In this document: positions 26,731-39,037 of the stretch, piece after piece
Numbering within the stretch: the first letter of the stretch is position 1
Layout of the letters: each line of letters opens with the position of its first letter
NCBI GenBank assembly: GCA_000165425.1
Contig: CT868441.1
Location: forward strand, 385,769-449,768
DNA length: 64,000 bases
Reading direction: 5' to 3'
DNA from: Paramecium tetraurelia
Lineage: Eukaryota
Notes under the pieces: model-generated
What the model saw: only the letters and a program-made list of their open reading frames with translations
What the model was told of the DNA's origin: nothing
The model's database searches: none
Program-made: the position numbers and the translations under genes

Positions 26731-29700
26731 TCATAATATAAGATGGTCTATTACGATGATTCCAATTATTCTTAAAATTAAATTTGAAGATGTAGTTTCT
26801 TGATTTTCATCTGGGTTATCACTGTTAGAGTCAGTTTGATTAGTGTTATTATCTACTTTTACTTCTGTACAAACCTAACATCTTGAGGTTTCAGTGTTCC
26901 AGGTATATGTGTATTCAGAGACCTTGAAACAATCACTTTACGAAAGTGTACTAGGATTTTTTAAACTACATTTTCCTTCAGTTAGAGAGCACTGTTATTT
27001 GGTGTTTTTATCCCAATTATAAAATCTAGTGCAATACCCAGTTTGTTTATAATTTGTATCACAAGTCAGTGTAGAACATGAACTTCGAGTATTTGAACCA
27101 TTAATTTTCTCTGCTGGTTTCCAATAACATCTATCTTTTGCAGCCTAACATGCATTCTAATCATTATTAGCTGTGCTACATTCCGTCATTAAAGTACAAG
27201 TTCCAATTCCAAGAATAGCATCTTAGCCACTTTGCTATTCAAAAACACAAATTTGGTTTGAGATTCCTCCAGAATTACAAGCTGTCTTAGAGGTATACGT
27301 AGAACAATTTGCTTTTGGAATACAAATATTATTATCTAGAACACAAGAGAGCGATGAGGTTAAACACTCGTTGGTTTATTAGATTTAAATATCCTGACAT
27401 GTGAATACTCTACATGAGGCTTTATAATTGTTATTTATTGATTCTATTTCCCAAATGCAATTACCATTGGAACCAACTGCTTCCTCACAAGTTTCCTTAT
27501 CTGTATATGAAGAACATTAATTTTTTAGTATGCAAGCTTTTCCATTTGTGGTGCAGGCTGATAGAAAGTTAGAGCATTCTTGATGAGTGGTTCCATAGTA
27601 ATCGGAACAAACTTAATTTCTACAAATATCCGAATCCCAAGTGCATAGTCCAGTTGATGTCAAACCATCAGTTGCAATTTGAGGTCCATTTTTATTTTTA
27701 ACACATGCAGCTTTGGAATTATATGATGAACATTCTCCTAATTATATACAACCAGTTAATCCATTTGTTGTACAACCACTATTAGCTCTTTGACATTCTT
27801 CATGAGTTAAGTAGAAGGCATCTACACAAGCTACAAATATTTTACAAATCTCTGGATCTACAGATTGAAAGGCTCGTACTGATTGCATACAAATACCATC
27901 ATAACCAGTGACGCAACCTCCATTAGTATTTGTTTCTGAACATGAAGTAATAGCCACACACTTTGACCCATCAGTTGTACATTTATCACTTATTTATTTA
28001 CATTATTAATCACTAGTCCACTTTAAACTCTAGCAAGAAGTGTATGAGAAACAGGCTCCTTGAGAACCATCCTAATTTATATATTATTCAATCCACAGAC
28101 ATTGTCCATTCAATCCATTTATGCAAGCAGCTCTAACAGTAGTCTATTCACAATTTTGTATCTTAGCACATTTTCCATGAACTCCTGCAGTGCAATCTAA
28201 CCTTCTGGCTTGACATGAAGAATGAAGTGATCCCTCTAAATCTTAACATTCTTAAACTCTGCATATGTGTTTAATGCCATCCCAAGCACAAATCTAACCA
28301 TTTAATGAAGTTGTGCAAGCACTTTCAACATTAGCGGCTTAACATGTTGATTTTTTAACACATCCTCCTCCTTTTTTTGTGGTGCAAATAGGTAAATACT
28401 CTTTGCATAACTATTCAGTTAACAAAGTACTTGGTGCCGTGGAACAAGTTTTTATGGTACAATACCATTAGTCATCTTCAGTATCAAAAACCCACTCACA
28501 TTAATCTCCTGTTGAAGAAGTAACACATCCAGCTTTATCTAAAGCCTATAAGCATGATCCTCTTGTAACACAAATAATTCCGTTTGTTGTGCATTTTGAA
28601 ATAGCTTGTTTGCATGTATCATCTGTGGCATAGGCAAAATCTTCACAAACCTTAGTTTTGCATTTGACACTATCTAAAGTACAACCAGTAAAGTAAGTAT
28701 TGCAATCATCTGCAGTAGCTGTTGCATCTGGAGCATTTTCGCATTATTTAGTAATGCAAGCTGTTCCTGTCCAATAGCATGGATCTCCAGCCTTATTATA
28801 ATAACATTGCTTCTATGTCATTGTTTCACAAGTTGCAGGAATATCTACGCATCCTTATCCAGAATCTGAGACTGTGCATTTATTAGTGATGTAGCCTCTA
28901 CATTTGGTATCATCATCATAATCTGATGTTGCAGGAGCAGTTTTGCAAGACTTATCTGCACAATCTATACCATTCCATCCACATGGATCTCCATTAGCGT
29001 TGATTTAACACTATTCTTTATCCATATACGTTTGACATGCAGCAGTCTATTAACATCCTCCTAAAGTTCGATCACCGCTGTTAATGTTTTGAATTGCAAC
29101 AGTGCATTTTACTGTTGGTGTATTGTAGTAAGCATAGCATTCATTATGGGTTGATAAGTCAGTAGGAGCATGTGAACAAGACATATCTTGGCAAACAGGA
29201 AAAAATACAGTGGCATCAGTATTCCAAAAACAAGCACCACCATTTGCATCTGTTTTGCATTGCTCTTCGACAATATATAAGCTACACCGGCTTCTTTCTA
29301 CACAACCTGGAACTGCAACACCATTTGATTATTTGACTGTGCAAGCAAGCGATGAATCCACAGCAACACATTTGTTATGAGTATCGAATAAAGAAGTGGC
29401 TTCAATATTGCTGCAAGTCAAATCAACGCAAGTCTTATAGGTTGGATTCCAGAAGCATTTTGCGCCACTTGAACTCAACTTACATTAGATTTAAGATTTG
29501 TAAGAAGCACAAGCTTTTCTCACTTGACAACCTCCTGATCGAGCAACTGTACATGATTGTAAGTAAGATGAACATTCAGTATCAGTATCATAATTAATAT
29601 CAGCAGGTGCAGTATCACAAGTCCTTCGTACACATGATGATCCCACTATTTCACATTCTCCTTCAACAGAGTAAAGGCAAGAAGATTAAGTTTAATCTGC

Positions 29701-32700
29701 ACATCTAAATGCCATTTGCAAGCATCCAGTATTTCCAGAATTTACAGTACAAATATTAATCCAATTATTGCAATTTGCATGATTGAATGTTATATCGACA
29801 GCATTTGCACAGGTTTTTGCTACACATCCAGTTGTTCCATTATTTGTACATCCGGCTTTGATTTCATTACAATTTGCACTACTGTAATTTCCAGATCCTA
29901 ATTCTATAGCCTCACAAGTTGCAGCTGATGATGCTGCAACACAAGTAGCACCACCATTCTTAGTTATGCATAGCCCAGCCGCTGATTTATAACAACTATT
30001 AAGTTCTGTGTATCCATAACATTGAGCTTATTGTAATACACATGCATTCCTTGATCTATTTACGCTGCATCCTGGGTTATAAGACTAGCAAATTTCATAA
30101 GTTATAGCTCCAGCAGCACCAAATATTTTAGAACAATGAGTTGTGGCATCTGAAATTGTGATACAAGTTGAGCCAACTAAATAACATTTTTAGGTAAAAC
30201 TTTTTGTACATTCTAACAATGTACCTGGATATTATTCGCAAGTTTATTTAAAGTCTTAACATCTGGTTCCATCAGCAATGGATGTACAACTTAGACTATA
30301 AGCTTGACATTAAGCATGATCAAGCCCACTTCCTGTTATTGCACCACAATTTACACCTGAGATAGGATAGCAAGAGTTATCAATCCAAATACAAGAACGA
30401 GAATCATTTGTTTATATAGTGCATTTGTTAAATGTTGTGTAGTCCTAGCATTTATATTTAGCTTCTTAGCAAGCAGTACCATCTTTTAGACTAATACACC
30501 CTGAATTATACATAGAACAGATCTAATCGGTTAATCTAATTTCAGTGATGAATTCACAATCTGTAGTGGCATTTGTAACAGAAATACAACTTGTTCCATT
30601 CCAAACACAAAGGCTTGAAAAAGATTATGAGCAGGTTGAATAATCAGCATATTCATTACAAATAGATATTTTTTTCTGACATGCTGTTCTGGCTTTATTC
30701 ACTGTACATTCTACATTATATTAAGCACATATTGCATCTGAAAGTCGAGTTTCAGTAACATATGCACAATGTATATCAACAACTGTAACTCTAAGGCATG
30801 CTGTTCCACTCCATACGCATTTATCTGCTGTTGCTGCAGCTTTTGATGTTGAGCATGTAGCTTCAGTGAAGTATAAGTCACAAGTAGCCTTTTGTTCTTG
30901 GCATGCTGTTCCTGCACGATTAGCTGTACAATCTGCATTATAAGCAGCACATATAGTATCTGTCAATCCAGTTCCAGTAACATATGCGCAGTGAGTAGCA
31001 ATATTTGCTGTTACTATTGCAAGACAAGCAGTTCCGCTCCAAGCGCATTTATCTGCTATTGCTGCAGCCTTTGATGTTGAGCAGGAAAGCCAGGTTACGT
31101 ATAATTCACAATCAGACATTTGTTCCTGACATGCTGTTCCTGCACGATTAGCTGTACAATCTGGATTATATGAAGCACATATTGCATCTGTTAGTCCAGT
31201 TCCAATAACATACCCACAATCTGTTGCAATATATGCTGTTCTTACTGCCCTGCAATCTGTTCCACTCCAAGCACATGTATCTGCTGTTGCTGTAGCTTTT
31301 GATGTTGAGCATGTAGCTTCTGTTGTGTATACGTCACAAGTAGCCTTTTGTTCTTGACATGCTGTTCCAGCTCGATTAGCTGTACAATCTACATTATAAG
31401 CAGCACATGTAGTATCTGTCAATCCAGTTCCAGTAACATATGCACAGTGAGTAGCAATATTTGCTGTTACTATAGCAAGACAAGCTGTTCCACTCCAAGC
31501 GCATTTATCTGCTGTTGCTGCAGCTGCTGAAGTAGAACAAGACTTCTGAGTTAAATATAGATCGCAAGTTGCTAACTTTTCCTAACAAGCTGTTCCATCT
31601 ACATTTGCTATACAACCTGCATCATAAGTTGCACAAATAGTAGTTGTTAATCCTGTTCCAGTAATTGAAGCACAATTAGAAAAACGCATACAATCTGTTC
31701 CATCAAAGTAACATTTACCCTATCCAGAAGTAGCACAATTGTTTGTTGCTGACATAACCAGAACAAGTTGTCTTATACTCCTAACATCCAGTGCCATCTT
31801 TTAAGGCTGTGCACTGAAGAGTGATAAAGCTAACACTTAGTGTGATCCAAATTAATTAATCCCGTTACAAAACTACATTCGGAGGGTTAATTCACTTAGC
31901 TACAATATGAATAATCGGTCCATGCACAATAATTTGTTCTTGATTTAAAACAATGTAATCTTTCGACATAAGCACTACAAGAATTTTAGATATTTATACA
32001 AGCAAAACCATCAATTCTAACTGAGCATGTAGAATCATATGCTTAACAATCTTACAAAGTCAAACTTACTCCATATATTAAAGTACAATCTAAAAAGCAA
32101 GCAACTGAGGATGTTGCAAAAAAAGTGTTTGTACATCCTTCTTTATATTACTGACACATAAACATTGTACCCTTGAATGATGAGCATGTTCCAGTAGCAA
32201 AAGTGGATATTGCATAGCATCTATCAACGATCCACTTACAATCATCATTAGCTGTTAAATTTGTGATAGTTTTGTGGCATTAACTCATTGTCATATAATC
32301 TGAGCAATTTGCTGATTTTGGTACGCATCCTTAACCTCCAGTTTTGTAAATAACTGTGCATGTTTCACTTGGTGTTGGGTAATTAAAGCATTCTTAATCA
32401 GTATCATAAAAGCCATAATCCGGAGCATCAGCACAATTAGCATTTCTACAAGAAAATCCAGTCCAAACGCATCTTCTGAATGTTGATGTAATTTTACAAT
32501 TTTCTTCTATTACATAAGATGCACAACTACTTGCTAGTTATTGACAAGCAGTTCTTCCAGAATTTACAGTGCATTAAACAAATGCAACTTAACAACCGCT
32601 ATGTGTGGTTTGAGTAATATTTTCACAAGTTCTATCAACACAGCTGCTGCCATTCCAATAACAATCTCCATTTGCTCTAGATCCTATTAAACAATTAGAT

Positions 32701-34829
32701 GGCACTAATGATGAACAACTAGATGGTTTAGCTATGCATCCATCACCTGTATTATTTAAAATACAAGTATAGAGATATGCTTGACAAGCAAAATGACTTA
32801 ATCCTCCTGCTGATAATGCTCCAGTTGTTTCATCATTGGTAGCAGTTGCACAAGATTTTTCAATGCACGAAGAAGTTGAGGCGACCCAAAGACACATTGG
32901 GAATCCAACTCTTTAAATTTCACAATTTTCAGTTGATTTTCTAGCAGCGCATGTAGTTGGTAAATCTTAACATCCTTAAATTGTCAAAGTACCATTAATA
33001 TTTACAGGATTATTAACCACACAAATTGGTAGATGTTCTTAACATTATACAGTAGTTGTGAATGTTTTAGAGGCAGTAGAACAAGCTTTCTTAATACATT
33101 AAGATCCGTTCCATCCGCATGGTTTCTTATTTGCTTTCATTTTGCAAGCAGCTTCAAGAGTTATGGCTTCACATCTAAGTGGAAGTAGAACACAACCTGA
33201 GCCTGAATTACTCAAAGTACAAGATGAGTGATACATTTAACAATCAGCATGAGTAGTAGTATTAGATGAAGCCAACACACATTGTTTCTTATAGCATTTT
33301 GGTTTCCAAATGCATGCTTTATTATTTATATCTTTATCACAAGCATCTAATACTAATGAATTTTCACATGTTTTTTCTATGCATCCAGCACTAGTTGAAT
33401 TTACTGTACATGTATTTAAGAAAGCTTAACATAGATCATGAGTAGTGTTAGTTTTTGGAGCATTCGCACATGTTTTATCTTTACAACTTGAACTTGCAGT
33501 ATCCCAGAAACAAGATGATCCAGTAGAATTCTAAACACAGGCAGCTTCTATTGTTATAGCAGCACAAGTAGTATTTGTAACACATCCACCTCCTGTTTTT
33601 GTTATACAATTATTTGCTGTTAAATAAGCTTCACATGCATCATTTGTTGTCAATGTTGTTGGAGCATTAGCACATGATCTATTTTAACATCCACCTCCTG
33701 ATTTAACAGTACAAGTAGATAAATAAGAAGTACATAAATCATGAGTGTTATTGGTTGTTGGGGCATTGGCGCATGTCTTCTCTTTACAAGTTGTATCCCA
33801 AATACAATCAAAATTACTTGAGTTTTTAACACAGGCTGCTTAAACATTAGCAACAGAACAAGATCCATTAGCAACACATCCACCTCCTGATTTAGTGATA
33901 CATCCTGTAACAAATCCTGCACATGCTGAATTAGTTGTCATTGTAACTGGTGCATTTGCACATGTCTTATCTACACAAGCAGTACCTGTCCAATAACAGT
34001 CACCACCTGAACTATTCTTAATACATGAGGCTTCAATAGCTGCAGCAGCACAAGTAGTTCTAGTTACACATCCTCCATTGGCTTTAGTTGTGCATGTTCC
34101 ATCAGTTCTAAATGTTTTACAGGCATCATCAGTATTCATACTTGTTGGTGCATTATCACAAATTCTATCTTTGCATTTATCTCCATCCCAATAACAAGCA
34201 ATTTATTTTAATTTATCCCAAACACATTAAATCTCTAATGTTTAATCACTGCATTTATTTTAACTATCAACACATCCACCTCCTATTTTTGTTGTACAAG
34301 TTGAAATCACATCTCTGCAATCTTTATCTGTTATAAATGTTGTTGGTAATTTATCACAAGTATTAGCATCAACACATGTATTATTTTTTGTATCCCAATA
34401 GCACAAGCTTCCTGCAGTATTTTTCACACATGGGAGTTGTTTTTTATAAGTACTACAAGCATCAATTTCAACACAATGAGTTCCATCTGTAATACATCTA
34501 TTGCTTATTGCTTAGCATTCAGAATCAAGTATTTTAGTAAAAGGTGTGCATCCTGTGAAAAATGTACATTTCAATTCAACCCAAGCACAACCAAAAGTTT
34601 TAGGACAAATCGCTTCATCATAAGAACTACAGTATTGAGAATATTTTATTGGTACATTGCTGGGAGTTGATTTTTAACAAAAAGGTGTATTTTTTACATT
34701 CCAAGTACACATTGCCGTGATGCAATCATCTTCTGATAGCAATTGAGAGCATTCACATATTGTTTTGCTATAATTTTAGGATTCAATTAATAGAAGCATT
34801 ATAGCAAGAATCAAGATTTTTTTAATCAT
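26731..34829 (-). CDS. Paramecium surface (immobilization) antigen, A/G-type, ~2,698 aa; two frameshifts as written
   Basis: Signal peptide MIKKILILAIMLLLIESQNYSKTICECSQLLSEDDC, Cys-periodic Thr/Ala-rich repeats with CxWxxxxC motifs, central tandem repeats and a hydrophobic C-terminus. Length 8099 becomes 8097 (2699 codons) after removing two single-base insertions. Confidence 0.92.
30720..31560 (-). repeat. Central tandem repeats of the surface antigen: 228-bp (76-aa) unit, ~3.5 copies
   Basis: The GTGLTD-encoding motif recurs at 31421, 31193 and 30965 (spacing 228). Confidence 0.9.
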
Positions 34830-36480
34830 TATTCTTAATATTGACTTTTAATATGAATAATATGACAAAATTAATCCTATTTTTATGAAAAACATTTTAG
34901 TTACTTTTGTTTTATGACTTCAAATAGATTTTACTTTAAAGAAAAATTTACTTTTTTACATATTTTTTAAGAAAGATGGAAATAAATCGAAGAAATAGAA
35001 TTGGATTGACCTCAGAAGTAACCATTTGTTTGGCTCAATAATAATTTGGAATTTTGATTCAAAAGGGATATCTCTAACCTAAATAGAATTATCTATTTTT
35101 TTTATATTTAAAAATTATTTTCTAATAATAATCATGTTCTTACATTGATTACATATCCTTAACTTAGAATGCAAATATTTGAACTTGTTTTAGATAGATA
35201 CAGTAATGTAATTACTCTTACAGTTTCATTTTCATTTTTATAAGAGTATTAATATTATCAGTTATTATCAAAAACAAACAATGCGCAATTTTATTTTATC
35301 ATTATAAGTTGCTATATTATATAAAAGAGTGTTGCCAAAAGTAGATGTATTTAGTTAAACTGATAATTCTATTTTTTATCTTACTATGGCTTTCATATTG
35401 AAAAAATTACATAATTTTAAGTTCCATTTAATAATCATCAAGTTTTAACGAATATGAGATAGAATAGAACTATTTAGATAAAATAAAATTTAGAAAATAA
35501 TTAATAAATTTAATATTAATTAACATTGTATCTAAATCAAAAATTAAAATTTTAATTCTTTTTCAAAAATTTATAAATTAATTCTGTTTCTTTCGTATTT
35601 AGCTTGGATCATAATCCATTAATTTCATTATAAGAACCAACGTGCAATCAAATAAGAAGCAAAACAATTTATTTAACTTTACTTTTTAAATATAGTTTTT
35701 TATTATTATTTTCTTTGATAGTAGAATTTTACTCGCAAATCTATACCTTAGGTCAATTTAATCGAATTATTTCTTTCATACAATTATATCATATATTTAA
35801 CATTTCCTATAATATTTAATAGTCTATTATCCTTTATTTTCAGAATATCTAAGCAACAAAAAAGTAAAAAAAAAGTACGAGAATGAGGAAACAACTCTTC
35901 AATATTCCACTAATCTATATGAAGGAACAAATAATGACTACCTATAAGAATATTAGAATAAAGTGGAACTTTTAGGATAATATATTTAAGATGAGTAGAT
36001 TTAGCAATTATATGATAACTATTAAATTAGAATAGAAAAAAATAGTATTTAATAATTCTAGACTAAAGATAAAATAAATTAATGAATAGAATATTGAAAA
36101 ATTAAGTATTTAACACTCAATCAACCAAAAACAAACAAACTTCTTAAATTTGTTTAATTTTGTGCATATAGTAAAATATAGAAGATTTGAAGTAAATATT
36201 TCAGTCAATTCTTTATTAAAAAATAAGACAACAGATTTAATTTAGTATTTAACTAGGATGTGCGTAATACAATAGTTCCATTATATGTAGGTATTTAACT
36301 AAAAAGAGTACTGTAAGTTTATAAATAAAATAAAAGAAAGAATAATTTTACTTGAAAATAGTTTAAATTTAATTTAGAATACAACCACAATGAATTTAAC
36401 GTTTACTTCTATATTAAGAGATCAATTAAGTTGTAATATAATAATGAACTTGGATATCATTACAAATTATCGACATAATA

Positions 36481-38309
36481 TCATTTAGGCCTTTAAATTT
36501 TAGGCTCTATGATTGATTCATCTATTCTTGATCTAAACAAGGGATCCAAGGGACTTAGGTTACCATGCCGTTATTGTGAGATTTATATCTATTCAAAAAA
36601 CTAGATTATATTCCTATCAATCATAGATAATAGTTTATCATCAACACTGCTTCTTCCCTTATCTTATTATAATGAAGAGAAAGAACAATAATAATCTTTA
36701 AGATTCTTAGATTGGAATTTCTTATTATTAATAGCTCTAAAGCTTTTTTGAACCCCAGCTTCAGACGCCAAATCATTACTCATATCTTCCATTTGAAGTT
36801 TTTCATCTTAGAGAATAGGTTTAGGTAATAGATCAAACAATTTATACTATTCATCATTCAATAATATGAATTTGAGCAGATCAATTTCATGTAATTTTTG
36901 TATGATCTTAACCACATCCATTTAAGCGAGAATCTATTGTTTCACTTAACCAAACAATTCTCTTTTCTTTTTATGACAACCTAAGAGTATCAGAAGAGAT
37001 TCATATATTCCATTTGAAAGGTTTTCATCTAGATTTGCTTCTCTGGACCGTCGAATTGATTCATTGACATCAACAACTTAGTCACTTTATTATAGATTGA
37101 TTATCTCCATATTTTATTGTTTTTAAGAATTAGGAAATCGATATAATTCATTCGCTATTGAAATAGTCATCAGATTATTTATTAGAGGATTTAAAATTAA
37201 GGCAGCAATAATCACAAACAATTACCAAATTCCTCCAATTTTACTCAATATTGTCTGAATCTTAATGTAGGATCTGCGATAGACAGTTTCCTTGTAATCT
37301 AGTTATATATAATGGTAGACAAGATAATCATCATTATATAACTCAGTATATTCTCTTCTGTCTTATTTTCTTAAATTTAACTCTACATCATCTGTAGAAA
37401 ACAGTAATCCATCGTCAGTATGAATTTCAGATATTCTGTATGTCCATTATAACATTTTAGAAGTTGATATGGAGAAACTATTAATATCTAAATTTATGAA
37501 TTATGAGTAGGGTTTGCCAGGATGATTTAATTGCATCAAATAATCGCTTGCATACACAGAATAGTGTCCTGCTGATAATACCTTCTTAATTTCTTCGATT
37601 GGAGCACAACCTTAATAATCTGTATTATTTTTGCATATGCTCAATTCAATTACCAAGTATTAGTACTTGTATCCAGAGATTTGGCCTTACAGAACCTTGA
37701 ATTAAGATGCGAATAATACAGGGGGATTATTTCTGAGCCGGGTTCGATTTATACATTGGACAACACCTAATCTAGTATTTTTGAAAAAATCTTTTTATAA
37801 TTCATTATCAAAGTCTTCGGTTTTACAAGGTGCGATTGGCAAATCAGAACAGCTAAATACTATTTATATTTACTTTAATTTCACCTAAACCTTTCCTGTT
37901 GCTTCATCCAACAATCTTTCTCTGATGCAATGACTCATTGTCAAGTTATAATATTTCAGTTGCCCCAATATGGGTTCTGAATTTTTAGTAGCTATTGTGA
38001 CTGCAAGAGTGAAGTTATCGTTATAAAGTGGGAAAGACTGTAATTATGATTGATAATTACTGTTGAGTCAAATATCTGCAACTCAGATGTAACAACATTA
38101 GGTTCAGCCTTCTGTAAAAGAGTTGTTATTTCAGTCACTAAATAAATTAAGGTAGCTGTTCCAATTATAAAGGTCATACAACAACCTACGATAGAAGTGT
38201 ATTTATTTTTTTCAAGGACTCTGAAGTTTGGCAGTTAACCAAAGATATCGAAAGTATCTATGGTTGAATTGCCAATCCTGTATAAAATATTCTTCGATTG
38301 CTCCAACAT
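36481..38309 (-). CDS. Ciliate-type two-TM protein with a large extracellular loop
   Basis: DIFGQLPNF..KYTSIVGCCMTFIIGTATLIYLV (TM1), a Cys-containing loop, RRSYIKIQTILSKIGGIWQLFVIIAALIL (TM2), and cytoplasmic KLHEIDLLKFILLN..KLFDLLPKPI. Confidence 0.85.
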
Positions 38310-39037
38310 TGAAAAATTAAATCTTAATAATTAATAAATAGATAGAAGACCTCTATTAAATATCAATAATAGCATATATTTTTAAAGGTAGTTATTATTT
38401 TACCACTGGGGATAGATTAATAATAAGCTTTATATTAAAATTCATTTATAATCATTATTTTTTTCTTTTATTGGTTTCACCTCGTATTAAAATTAGGAAT
38501 TTATATAAAAAGTAATAGTGTTTAAGAATAGAGTTTCAATTAATTTAAAAATGTTTTGTTCATTATTTTGTCATATCATCTCAATAAAATGGTTGCTTTT
38601 AGTTTTATTCAATTTATAGTTAGCGGCTTATATTCCAGATTTATTTAAAATTATAGTAAGAAGATATCTTTTTAGATATAAATTTAATTAATTGAGAATT
38701 ATTGCAAAATTCTAATTCTATAAGTCATTCATCTTATAAATAAATTGATGAGCATAATATAAAATGGGTTGAAATATATAATAATCTAATTTATAATTAA
38801 ACTTATTTTAATAACCAAAATTTACGCATTACTTTCTCTAAACTCAAAATAAACTTGGTATCCTAAGATATTGAACAATTGTTTATTCTTAGTTATCCAA
38901 TTAAAACTCTACCATTGTAAGTTATATTTTGATTGAAAAATTACGACGATTTTAACAGATCTTATTAACTAACTAATGAATTAAGAAAAAAGAATTAAAA
39001 AGTATTAAAAAAGCCAATATTGTATAAATATTTCAGA

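Noticed and set aside
30720..31560. Regularly spaced repeats as a CRISPR array or mobile element
   Set aside because: They are in-frame coding repeats of the surface antigen with no unique spacers, in a eukaryotic context.
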